From Trichoplax adhaerens (Eukaryota > Animalia > Placozoa): 64,000 nt of DNA. Shown in pieces: positions 12,800 to 25,530 of this stretch. A model generated the notes under the pieces. That model was not told where the DNA came from. It was given only the letters and a program-made list of their open reading frames with translations, and did not search any database. The DNA lies in assembly GCF_000150275.1 (NCBI RefSeq), contig NW_002060943.1, forward strand, positions 2,014,987-2,078,986, read 5' to 3'. The position numbers and the translations under genes are program-made. Within the stretch, counting starts at the first letter, position 1; each line of letters begins with the position of its first letter.

Positions 12800-15700
12800 A
12801 TGTCTGATATTGAAGAATCACAAGAGGAATGTACACAATCTCCGCCAGAGGAATGTGCAGGTACTACGTAGTGCATTTATACTGAACTGTCTGAGTACTT
12901 ACACTTTGCAAACAGTAAACGATGCTCATTTCGTTAAGGTTAAGAGCAAGGTTTGCAAAAATCAGTCTACTACATGTTGATTAGAGAGGACATGACAGTA
13001 CGTGATTAGCAGTTTAATAATTATCATTACAACAGGATATTTACTATAATATCATGTGGCAGAATCATGACAACATGATATACACTGTATATTATACAGT
13101 AGAGTCATGATTTCTACTAGAAAAATTCTACAATAGGCTGTTATGAGAGATAATTATGGCTTACCTAAATTAGGTTACATTAACCATCAATCATTTGTTA
13201 ATAAATTGAATACGATTTTAATATCCTAAACTGTTCGATCATGTATATAGTAAAGTGTGTGATCTTACGCACTGATCATTAACTAAATTACTACATAAAA
13301 GGTTTTCGCTATCGACTGCTCACTGGTAAATTAACCACTGTCCAATAAAATAATCTCTACGTTATTTCTTGATGGTAGATGGCCACAATTAAAATAGACA
13401 TGGACTACTAGATGCACTTACCTAGTAATCCATGGTATAGACTACAGTTTTGTACTTCGCAGGAGCGGTTTTTTCCTCAACTGATTACGTATTTTATTGA
13501 TAGATCAATCATCAACAGTTGAAGCTTCGGAATTAACTGCAGAAGATACAAGCGATAAATTTGATGACAATGAACAACCTCTAGAAGAAGAACAGGTATC
13601 TTCCGAAGAAGCAGCGATTACTGAAGAACAAATAAATGAAGAACATGATGTATCCGAAGAAGTAGTCGAGGTTGAAGCGGAAGAGGAATCCCCAAATGAA
13701 GATTTAACGCAAACAGACGTTGCTGGAGAATTGGAACAACCTGTTCCTCAAGATTCTTGTGAAACTGCAACTTCTGTTGAACAATCGGATGAACATCAAC
13801 AGAACGGCACAGTATCGAGTGAGTTCGTAGCTACTGAAGAAGAGAACAATAATGAAGCTACTGAAATAACTAACGAAGATCAATCACCAACGGATCAAGT
13901 TAGTACTGAAGATTTAACAGAAAATAATTTATCGGATGAACCACTAGTAGTCTCTGAAGAGTCACAGGTTCAAGAACTTTCTGAAGATTCGACCGAGGAA
14001 CAAATTCCCTCTGAATCTGCAAGGGCAGATATTGAAGAGAAATTACCTGTCGAAGAAACAACTGAGGCTGTAAGCAATGAAGAGCAAATATCTTCAATGG
14101 AATCAACCGAAGATGTCAAAATTGACGAGGTATCTGATGAAGAAAAAGCTGTAGAAGATGAGGGAAAACATCTGTTGAAGATGCTGATGAGATCCTAAAA
14201 AAAAATGAAGAAACTGCAGAACAGATACCGGATGAAGAAACAGTTGTACAAGTCGTACAAGCTGAAGAACAAATAACATCAGAAGAGCCAGCTGAAATTG
14301 TAGAAGTTGAAGAACAAATAACATCAGAAGAACCAGCTGAAATCGTAGAAGCTGAAGAACAGATAGTTTCAGAAGAATCAACTGAAATAGTAGAAGCTGA
14401 AGAACAAATAACTTCACAAGAACCAGCTGAAGTTGTAGAAGCTGAAGAACAAATAACTTCACAAGAACCAGCTGAAATTGTAGAAGCTGAAGAACAAATA
14501 ACTTCGGAAGAACCAGCTGAAATTGTAGAAACTGAAGAACAAGTAACTTCCGAAGAACCAGTTGAAGCTATAGAAGCAGAAGAACAGATACCTAGTGAAA
14601 TAGGTGAAACCGCAGAACAAATATCTTCGGAAGAGTCAACTGAAGCTGTGGAAACTAAAGGACAGCTATCTGGTGATGAAGTAACCAACATTTTGGAGCC
14701 AACACTAGCTAAAGAATCAGAAGAAACTACAGAAATCGAAGAACAAGCATCTGGTAAAGAAACATCTGAAGCTGCAGAAGACAAAAAGCAGACTCCATCA
14801 TCCGAAGCCATAGAAGATCAAGAACAGATATCCTATGAAGAAACTATTGAAGCTACCTCACTAGAAAGTGAGGTAGCTGTTGAGGAATTGCATGAAAATC
14901 TTCAATCTGGAGAACAGGTACACGTATCTAGTGAAGAAACAACAGAGGTTGTGGAATCTGAAGAACAAACACCTAAGGAGGAATTAACCGAAGCTGCAGA
15001 AACTGAAGAACAGATAGCCGTATCTAGTGAAGAAATAACTGAAGCTGTGGAAGCTGAAGAACCTAAGGAACCAGTTGAGGTTGCAGAGACTGAAGAACAG
15101 GTACCTGTATCTAGCGAAGAAATAACTGAAGTTGTGGAACCTAAAAATCAAACACCTGAGAAAGAATCCGTTGAAACTGCAGAAATTGAAGAGCAGGTAC
15201 CTGTATCTAGAGGAGAAACGATTGAAGTTGTGGAACTTGAAGAACAGACACCTATGGAAGAATCAGCTGAGGCTGCAGAATTTGAAGAACAAGTACATGC
15301 AAAAGAATCAACTGAAGCTGTTAAAATTAAGGAACAGTTGTATGATGAAGGAGCTGCTGAAGAACCAGCTGAAGAGGTAGAACTTTGCGAAGAGACAGCT
15401 CCTGCTAAATCATCTGAGGTACTCGACTCTGAAGAACAAATACTTCCTAAAGGAGCCATTGAAGATCCAGTTATGGTTACAAGTGAGATACTGCCTGAGG
15501 ATAAGCAAACCAGTCAAGAAGTCACAACAGTGGCTGGTGATAACAAGCAAATGGAAGTAAACCACATCAATGCTGAAGAAAAAGTGGAGACTTCATCTCG
15601 TCAGCAGTTATCAGACGTAAATAGAAATGATAATGATAAAGAAGTGACAAGAAATGAAAAGGCAGACTCATTGGTCGTAGGTAAAAAGTTATTATTTAAA

Positions 15701-16510
15701 AACGTATAATAAATGTAAGCAGATAGCAGAATTATTATTTTACTAGCTTGCATGATAACTATCCATATCATTTTAAAATGTATAAGAGCCAATCTACGTA
15801 GCAATTTAAGTTTTTTAATGAATTCACGACTTTAAATCACTAAACTTAGAATAAAATTGAACTTTTTCATTTAGTCCTTATAGTAAGCATCTTAGTTTCT
15901 AGTTTCTAAAAGCCTCTACCGTTTTCCATAACAATTACATAATACGTGTAAATACAGACTTTAGCGGTGTTTCAGGATTTATTGAAGGCAGATTTATTGG
16001 ATAAAAAAGGCTACATTCTTAATCGTTTTTCTATTTGCAGCAAAAGAATCAAACTCTGCTGATCACGAGATGACTACTACGATATCAAAAGCTAATAAAG
16101 AGCACTCACCTCAATCTATAACAACAGCAGGTAGATTATCTAGAATTTATAACATTTAGAAATTGCTATTACATAGAGTAATATTGCTGTCGCACTTCCA
16201 ATTGAAGGCTTTTACATTTACTGTTATAAGATGATTCTTTTTTGTTGATATTAATTCTCCGATGCTAGAAATCTGAATTATTTTGGGGGGCTTTTTAAGT
16301 TATTTATGTCCTAAGTATGTCACTATAACAATTTACTAACACTTATGATATTGTCTGTTACTACTCTCAAATCTCGAAGATTCAGAAGCGAAGAATACAG
16401 ATTCACAGGAAGCAGGTGCTGCTGGTTACCAAAAACGAGAGAAAACACCCCGCAAACCTAGAAGAAAATCCATTAAGAAAGCATTTATAAAATTATTTAA
16501 AAGATCGTAG
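12800..16510 (+). CDS. Glu-rich, low-complexity repeat protein of unknown function (copy 1). Exons about 12800-12860, 13504-15680, 16041-16130, 16380-16510, with one apparent frameshift near 14165
   Basis: MSDIEESQEEC exon splices (phase 1) into ORF 13497-14198. The Glu-rich frame resumes shifted at about 14165 (KTSVEDADEILKKNEETAEQ) and runs to the donor near 15680. The last exon ends RKPRRKSIKKAFIKLFKRS*. Confidence 0.75.
14261..14620 (+). repeat. Coding 45-nt (15-aa) tandem repeat AEEQITS(E/Q)EPAEIVE, about 7-8 copies
   Basis: gctgaagaacaaataacttcacaagaaccagctgaaattgtagaa repeated head to tail. Confidence 0.92.
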
Positions 16511-18767
16511 TAGAAATCTTTCGTTTCCTTTAGCATCATAAAAATTTTCTGTAACCGTAGAATTTGACAAATGTTTATTTTGATAATATACCTCCTAATT
16601 AGGTGCTTAAAAATTCAGGATTATATAAACTATTTTATCGGCTGATCATATTAATTAATACATATACGACTAGGATAATCTATTTAAATTAGGTTTTGTG
16701 ATTTCATTCTTGAAGCAAACTGGAGATAATAATATCATTACGTACGTAAGGTTCAAGACAATTTAAAAATTGTGAGTGAATGAACGATTACGATTTAGTA
16801 TTACGCGTATTTTATTATATGCAACCGAGTATAAGGTGTTGTTTTTTAATTATTGCCTTTTATCAAAAGACGAATACTCGTAACGTAAGAATTAAGTTGG
16901 AAATACTACAACAACTAACGATTTTCTTTACTATTAAGCTAGTACTATCTTTTTAAATGCAAATATGCAATGATGAAATCAATAAATGTGATTGAGCGGT
17001 GCCAATGTGGCATTTATGATGATTCTGTTGTAATGTTGATAGCCTCGGAATTTTTTGAACCTTTAACTGAAAAAATTGAACATGAGAGATTTATAGTTCT
17101 GCGATGGGTGGACCAGTAGCGAAGTACTGCATCTTAGAATTTTTGAATTATTAATAGAAAAGTGAATGTAAACTGACACTACTAATCATAACCAAGCTGC
17201 AATTGAGGTTAACCATTGCATGATACGCGTTTCTGGTTGCTTTACAGGAAATTAAACTCATGCTCGTATGGTAGTATAATGATACATAGTGCTGGGTACC
17301 AGATTCTAAATATTAATAGGACCCATATACAAGTGTGATCATACCGTCACACTAGCACTGTAGTCTAAGTTTTTAATTATGCAATCTTCTGAAAAAGAAA
17401 ACAGTCTTAATAAAGTTCTATGCTTTGCTAATACACTGTCTCTACATTTGCTCGAGAACTTATTATAAATTCAAAAGTGAGTAGCTAATACAGCTTCGAT
17501 CAATCTAGTAATCAAAAATAACCATGAACATAACTTTAGAATCACGATTTTATTATACTTTGGAGCAATTCTAATTAAATCATCGCTACTAATCATACAA
17601 GTTAAGACAGACTATCTTGATATTCTTTTCTAAATTAAGTAGGATATTTCATCATGAATAAATTTCTATTGATACATTTAGCAAATCAGATAGTATATTT
17701 ACCAAATACATGTATTGCTTAACGGTTAAATTACTCCCTACGATGTATAATACTTAGTAAAAGTCAAATCTCATCTACTAATGATAAATCATGATACGGA
17801 TAAAGTAGTACGGTAGAGCAGACAATAACCTCACTACTAGATAACGTCTATAGCAATTAGCAAACTAAATTAATCAAAAATTATTACAGTTACATTTATG
17901 TTGTAGCTATTGTACTCTATATATTTCGTAAATACAATAGGTAGTGATACAATGCAATTTTATGGATGAGAATTCTAGAAATTAACTTTCATTAGACTGT
18001 AAACTAAATCATAGTACGATTTCTAAGTGAAGGTTAAATAGAACAACTTGCGAGCATTGCCTATAAGATAAGGTTGGAAGAGTCTATCCATAGTTAACAA
18101 CTGTCAATAACAAGAAAATATCGTCCTGGAGATATTCTGATAAAAAGATGCGTAGGTACAAGCTAAATACTGGTAGCTCTAAAATCTACTGTTTAAAATG
18201 TACGTAAGAACTTGTAATTAGGACTTTAAATGTAATAGTAAAATTTGGATGACAATATAATAATCGTTATGGCTTATCGGCTATCGTTTTTCTTTCTTTC
18301 TCTCTAATATTTCAAGCTACAGCTGAAATGTTGTCAACTAATTAATTTCCGATTTCTTTGCCTTCAATTAGAACAACTGCTTTCTTGTTCAGCTTTACTT
18401 AGATTTTCTGTTAATCCATTACAAAGTAGTTAATTTTTCAGTGCTTTTGCATTAATATCCTAATAGTAAAGCACCTATCTTTCGAAGAAATCAAATACTA
18501 CACTATTTAAAGGTTGAAATACTCTCGTATACCAGTAAGAATTCGTGAGACTTTTAGAAAAATTAATAAAGATAGAACATAATCCAAATTGAATCTTCCA
18601 TATCCTGATAGTAGTCACTGATTAAGTATACAAGTACACTACTTTGCGTTTTCAAATTAAGATCAATTTAGCATTAAAGGGTCATTTCGACTAACTATAT
18701 TTGTAGTTATTGCTAGTAGTGTATAAGATTGTCAATTATTATAAAAGTGATTACTTCGTTTTCTTTA

Positions 18768-21178
18768 TTAAACTGAGAAACCATTCACAATTCCATCTTG
18801 GCCGTTTGTTAAGTCTTCTGGATCATTACATTCGTGTTCTTTATTTGTCATTTTCTCTCTTATAGTAGAGAAGTAACGAAGCATATTAGTACGCACATCT
18901 TCGGATTGCTCAGACCTCATTTCCTGCTCAACTTGACTTAGGCAGTCATTTAAAATCTTTTTTTGCATTCTCAATTCTTCGTTTCGCTTTGTCAACTTCT
19001 CATTTTTATTTTGCAAATCTCTCAACTGGCGAGCCTGTTCCTTTGATCTTCTCATTAATTTAGTATTATTTTTCTCTGTATCCTCTCTACTTACATTTCT
19101 GGTATATTGACGTTGTAACTTAACATCTGGCTTTTGAAGAGATTGAAAAATTTGTATCAAATCTTCTGGTATCAAAATTTGGTTACGTGTTAAGAAGGCA
19201 ATCATCTCAGAATTGAATTTAGGTAAAGATGGGTAGATTGCTGTATAAAAGGTCACTAAATCGTGTCCTCTCATTTTTAATATCACTTTAGGATAAGATA
19301 AGGTACCCATAACACCATTCCCAAAAGACACTTCTTCTTTACATTTTATTAACTCATAAACCTCTTCTAAATCCTCTCGCTTCCTGATAAGATTATTTTT
19401 GTCACTCCCTAAGTTATCGATAGCTTTGATAACTTTTCGAGCAAGATCTATTAGCTCCTTAAGAACATCTTTGCACTTTGAACGTTCACGGATTTTCTTT
19501 GCGTAATCTAATAAATTACCTTCGCTATGGACAAGTTTACATGTTGTTTCGAAATCTTCTATCGTCGATTCCTTTTCTGATGTTTCTGTCTTATTTTCAA
19601 GATTAGTAAGCAGTGATTCCAATTTTTTAACGCACTCTTCAAATTTATTCTTGAATTTGATAAATTTTTCTACCGCATCAATCAGTTTTTTGCTTACGAC
19701 GTCGATAATTATTTGCAATACTTTAGTTAGTTGAGCAGCCCTTCCTTTCTCGAAAAAACCAGATAAAAGATCGGGATGTTCTGTTACTGAATGATTATTG
19801 ATTTCGCTTTTCATCTCTTCCGCTTTGTTTTTGCTTCTCAAATAATAATATATATGTATCGGATCATAAAGATAGTTTTCTATGCTATATCTCTTTAAGC
19901 ATCGAATGTTATATAATTTGGGATCTTCTCTATTATCGTTATCAACTAACCCAAATATAAATTCCCTTAAACTCTGATCTTCATCGCTCTCATTTACGCA
20001 AGATTCCACAATGTTTTCCACATAAGCTCTACATGACTTTTCAATCATCCTGCTACCACTCTCATCTGCAGAGTCTGGCCTTTTTTTGTGCTTGCCAACG
20101 GCCATAAATAGCAATGGGTAAGTACTTGCGATTAAACGTTCCCTAGCTAATTTATCTTGAATCATTGTGTAAAATTTCTTATCATCTCGAGCTTCAACGA
20201 AGACCATTCGAAAGGGTAAATTGACATGGACAAATTCTGCTGTTAATAACTGTATTGCCTGCCGCTTACTTGCAGCTTTTTCAATCTTGATCTCTTTTGT
20301 CATATTATTTTCTGTCATAACATAGATACAGTCTTTTGGGGCAAGGCTCACTGTTGTAGGGGAATGAGTAGTCATGATAACCTGAATGCCAAGCTTGGAT
20401 ATCAATTTAGTTTTAATAGTTTCAATGACTTCTTGAACTAAGCTTGGGTGAAGATGGGCATCCGGTTCATCTAGTAAAATGATTCCGCTATCATTTGCTT
20501 TTGCCAAGTTTTTACTTCCAAATAGCCATAGTAGTGATAACAATTCTAACTGTTCCCCAGAAGATAGTTGAACTTGAATAACGGGTATGTTAAAAGGCAC
20601 TCGTTTTTGACATATTAATTGACCATCTTCCATTATATATACATCAAACTTAAATCCATTTTTATATAAATGCTTATTGACATCGTAAAGTGTGTTATCC
20701 ATTTGCAAAAAATATCGTACGTAATCTTTCCATGAACCATAAGTCTTTATCGGTTGTCCCATTTCCTCTCTTAAGTACTGTTCTAGCTTTTCTTTAAGTT
20801 GACTTTCAATTTCTGGTATATCCGTCAATCCTAATTTCTTCGTGGCATTGCAAGCCTTGGGTACGACTTTTTTATAGAGTTCTTCGTGATCATGGCTCTC
20901 CATTTGATATTGTCCACCATAAATATGACACTTTTTTATATCCATTAATACATTATTAAAGTTTTGTTCAAAATCATCGGAAGATTGCTTAGCTAAGTTC
21001 ATAGTAGAATTCTCATTTTTGTCTTTTTGTTCATTAAAGGAATTAGTAGCCAAATTTTGCTCTTCTGAGTTAGAATTGAGGTAACAGATTTGCGAAACGT
21101 TTCTTCGATATAACAAGATAGGACGAGCTAATGATTTATTGTGTATATGTTCACCCTCTGATAACATGAAACGAAGCA
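18768..21178 (-). CDS. Intronless ABC-type (AAA_15/AAA_21-like) ATPase fused to a TOPRIM (DUF4435/OLD-like) nuclease domain, plus a C-terminal coiled-coil-like region. 5' end lost in the assembly gap
   Basis: Signature LSSGEQ (20550-20567), Walker B/D-loop ILLDEPDAHLHP, H-switch IMTTHSP, TOPRIM VFVEARDD and GLVDND, and RYSIENYLYDP. The frame stays open upstream of Met 21167 (L-R-F-M) into the Ns. No Walker A is visible in the available part. Confidence 0.85.
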
Positions 21179-21228
21179 NNNNNNNNNNNNNNNNNNNNNN
21201 NNNNNNNNNNNNNNNNNNNNNNNNNNNN
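21179..21228. other. Assembly gap (50 N)
   Basis: Run of N. Confidence 1.
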
Positions 21229-21886
21229 GTAACATCGAAATCGATTTATTTATTTACCACGTAGTTTATATTTCTCCTGTATGATTTAACCGTGCTTGCC
21301 GTCATATTATAACGCAATGACTACAGTAGCTGTGTATCTAATTAGTTTGTTATTGATTCTGTGTCGGAATGCGGCGGTTGGATCACTCAATATCTAAAAT
21401 GTAGTATGAGTGAAGGCTCTACGGTAGTTTATGTAATGGGTGTTTATTTCCTATTTTGTCTCACGGCTTGTAGCCCTTACAGAGAAGAACAGCTAAATAC
21501 ATGTGTTCCCTTACACGCGGTCCTTGCCTTAAATAATGACCTACTTATCGCAGCCGATCTACTTTAGGCTTAACCAAGACCGTATACCTTTACTGTAACT
21601 GATTACTATATACTGACATCCCAGCTAGTATCGTAATCGATATGAACAGCACATACACTAATATATAGTTATCTAACATTGCAATACCTTATTCCATATC
21701 GCTAGTAACAGAAGATCTACAACTACATCTAAACTATCATTAGTACCGTATCCTACATATAATAATACCTAGGCTAAATTTATTGATAAAATTATATGAA
21801 ACCAAACCTGATTTATTTGTTTGCTTCGTAGCTTATATTTTTCCTGTTTGATTTAATCATACTTACTGTTATTTTATTCCATACAG

Positions 21887-24254
21887 AACAGATACCGGAT
21901 GAAGAAACAGCTGAAGTTGTCAAAGTTGAAGAAGAAGTACATTCAGAAGAATCGGCTGAAGCTACAGAAACGAAAGAGCATAAATCTAGTGAAGAAGCAA
22001 CCGAAATAGTAAAAGTTGCGGAACCTTCGAAAGAATTAACTGAAGCTACAGAAGCGGAAGAGTATATATCTGATGAAGCAACTGAAATTGTAAAAGCTGA
22101 AGAACAAGCACCTTCGGAAGAATCAACTGAAGCTACAGAAATTAAAGAGCATGCATCCGATGAAGAAGCAGAAGAATCGGCTGAAGTCGTACAAGCAGAA
22201 GAACAAATAACATCATAAGAACCAGCTGAAATTGTAGAAGCTGAAGAACAAATAACTTCACAAGAACCAACTGAAACCTTAGAAGCTGAAGAACGAATAA
22301 CTTCAGAAGAACCAGCTGAAATTGTAAAAGCTGAAGAACAAATGATTTCACAAGAACCAGCTGAAATTGTAGAAGCTGAAGAACAAATAAGTTCAGAAGA
22401 GCCAGTTGAAGTTGTAGAAGCAGAAGAACAGATACCTAGTGAAATAGACGAAACCACAGAACAAATACCTTCAGAAGAGTCAGCTGAAGCTGTAGAAACC
22501 GAAGGACAGCTATCTGGTGATGAAGTAACCAACATTTCGGTGCCAACACTAGCTAAAGAATCAGAAGAAACTACAGAAATCGAAGTACAAGCAAATGATA
22601 AAGAAATACCTGAAGCTGCAGAAGACAAAAAGCAGACTCCATCATCCGAAGCCATAGAAGATCAAGAACAGATATCCTATGAAGAAACGATTAAAGCTAC
22701 AGAAAGTGAGGTAGCTGCTGAGGAATTGCATGAAAATCTTCAATCTGGAGAACAGGTACCCGTATCTAGTGAACTAACAACGGAAGTTGTGGAACCTGAA
22801 GAACAAGCGCATAAGGAGGAATTAACCGAAGCTGCAGAAACTGAAGAACAGATAGCTGTATCTAGTGGAGAAATAACTGAAGCTGTGGAAGCTGAAGAAC
22901 CTAAGGAACCAGTTGAGGTTGCAGAGACTGAAGAAATGGTACCTGTATCTAGTAAAGAAATAGCTGCAGTTGTGGCACCTGAAGACCAAACACCTGAGAA
23001 AGAATCTGTTGAAATTATAGAAAATGAAGAACAGACACCTACGGAAGAATCAATTGAGACTGCAGAAATTGAAGAACAAGTACATACCAAAGAATCAGCT
23101 GAAGTTATTGAGATTAAGGAACAATTGCATGATGAAGGAGCTACTGAAGAACCAGCTGAAGAGGTAGAACTTAGTGAAGAAACAGCTCCTGCAAAATCGT
23201 CTGAGGTGATAGACTCTGAAGAACAAACACTTCCTAAAGAAGCCATTGAAGAGCCAGTCATGGTTACAAGTGAGATACAGCCTGAGGATGAGCAAGGCAG
23301 TCAAGAAGTGACAACGGTGGCTGATAATAACAAACAAATGGAAGTAAACGAAATTAAGGCTGAAGAAACAGTTGAGACTTCATCTCGTCAGCAGTTATCA
23401 GACGTAAATAGTAATGATAATGACAAAGAAGTGACAATAAATGGAAAGGCAGACTCATTGGTCGTAGGTAAAAAATTATTATTTAAGACCGTATAATGAA
23501 ATTTGAGCAGATAGTAGAATTACTATTTTACTAGCTTGTATGATAACTATCGATGTCGTTTTAAAAAGAATAAGGGTCAATGTAGAAATTTTAAGTCTTG
23601 ATAGCTTCACGACTTTACGTCACTAAACTTAGAATGAAATTGAACCTTTTTTTCGTTTAGTCCTCGTATTAAAAATTTTAGTTTCTAAAAATCTCTACAG
23701 CTCTTCACAATAATACGTGTAAACACAGACTTTAGCGGTGTTTTAGGCTTCAATGAAGGCAGATATGTAGGATAAAAAATGGCTACATTCTTAATCGTTT
23801 ATCTATTAGTAGCAAAAGAATCACAGTCTGCAGATCACAAGACAGCTACCACGATATCAAAAGCTAATAAAGAGCACTCACCTCAATCTGTGGCAACAGC
23901 AGGTAGATTATCTAGAATTTATAACATTTAGAAATTGCTATTACGTAAAGTAACATTACTGTCGCCTTTCCGATTGAAGGCTTTTACACTCACTCTTATA
24001 AGATGATTCTATTTTGTTGATGTCAATTCTCAGATGCTAGAAATCTGAATTATTTATGTTCTATGAAACTTCACTAACAAACACTTATGATATTGTCTGT
24101 CACTGCTCTTAAATCATGAAGATTCGAGAGAGAAGAATACAGATTCACAGGAATCAGGTGCTACTGGTTACCAAAAACGAGAGAAAACACCCGCAAATCT
24201 AGAAGAAAATCCATTAAGAAAGCATTTGTAAAATTATTTAAAAGATCGCAATAG
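21887..24254 (+). pseudogene. Degenerate partial duplicate of the Glu-rich protein gene (copy 2)
   Basis: Colinear with 14220-16510 including introns; the homology continues in the 3' flank to the gap at 24870. In-frame TAA at 22216-22218 and a 1-nt deletion at about 24190 (CCC vs CCCC) in the last exon. Confidence 0.75.
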
Positions 24255-24870
24255 AAGTCTTTCGCTTGGTTTAGTATCATAAAAATTTTCTGTAGTTGTA
24301 GAATTTGACAAATGTTTATTTTGATAATATACCGTCTAATTAGGTACTAAAAAAATTTAGGATGATATTATATAAATTATTTTATCGGCTGATTACATTA
24401 ATATGGATACGACCAGGATAGTTTATTTATTAATTAATTAATATGCAATGGTTTGTGATTTTCATTCTAAAAGCGGATTGAAGGTATTAATATCATTAAC
24501 TACGTAAGGTTCAAGACAATTTAACAATTATAAGCAAATGAATAATTAAGATTTTAATAATATTGTAATACACGCATTTGAGTATAGTTGCTTTTTAATT
24601 ATCGCCTTTTATCGAAAGATGAATACTCGTAGCGTAAGGATTAAGTTGGGATACCACAACTACTAACGGATTTCTTTACTATAAAGCTAGTAGCATCTTT
24701 TTTGAATGCAATCAATAAATGTGATTGAGCGATGCCAATGTGGCATTTATGATAATTCTATACTAGCGTTGATGGATCTCGGAAATCTTGAATCTTTGAT
24801 AGGAAAAAGTTGAGCCCGAGCACCTTATGCATAAGTTATGATCAAGAAGTTTATAGCTCTACGATGCATG

Positions 24871-24920
24871 NNNNNNNNNNNNNNNNNNNNNNNNNNNNNN
24901 NNNNNNNNNNNNNNNNNNNN
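24871..24920. other. Assembly gap (50 N)
   Basis: Run of N. Confidence 1.
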
Positions 24921-25114
24921 TGCATTCTTCCAAAAAGGTTGTCAAGTTGTTATAATACAGTATCATGAACGATGATGCATTGCTGTAATTGTAAGGTGTA
25001 CAGTAGTAGCAGGGACTACTCCATAAAAAGGTTTATACCGTATACTGTACCATAAACTACTAAGAGAAAAGGTTTTCTTTTAGTAGTCCATGACTGTACA
25101 GTATATGGTCAAAG

Positions 25115-25530
25115 AGTAGTGTAAAAGGAAGTTTTTTGAATCATTGCGCGATGCAGAGTCGTAGAGTTCTACGAATCATGCACTACCTCTAAATCCTACA
25201 GGATCAGCAGTCCATGAACCAATATACTCTATGCATTAGCTACTACAATATATCGTCAAGCAGTAAAAAGGAGCTCTTGAATCCTTATACGATACAGAAT
25301 TGTAGAGTTCTACGAATTATGCATCGCCTCTAAATGCTACAGGATTAGCAGTCCATAGACCAATATACCCTATGCATTAGCTCCTGCAATAGATCGTCAA
25401 ACAATACAGTAAAAAGGAACTTTTAAATCGTTGCATGATATAAACTTGTAGAGTTCTATAAGCGTTAGCTACTACTGTACACGGTCAAACAGCAAATAGA
25501 GCTTTTAAATCGTTGCACAACACAGAATTC
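25115..25530. repeat. Degenerate tandem repeat, ~143-bp unit, 2 full and 2 partial copies
   Basis: gtaaaaagga...gtagagttctacgaat...tacaggat..gcagtccat...atgcattagct at about 25120, 25262, 25409 (partial) and 25495 (partial). Confidence 0.8.

Noticed and set aside
14103-15459. Long Ser- or Leu/Gln-rich minus-strand ORFs (also 21813-23261)
   Set aside because: Antisense shadows of the GAA-rich repeat exon, with no independent motifs.
18768-21178. Calling the ORF an ABC transporter or SMC/Rad50 protein
   Set aside because: There are no TM segments, and the signature, Walker B and H-loop are followed by TOPRIM motifs rather than ending the protein.
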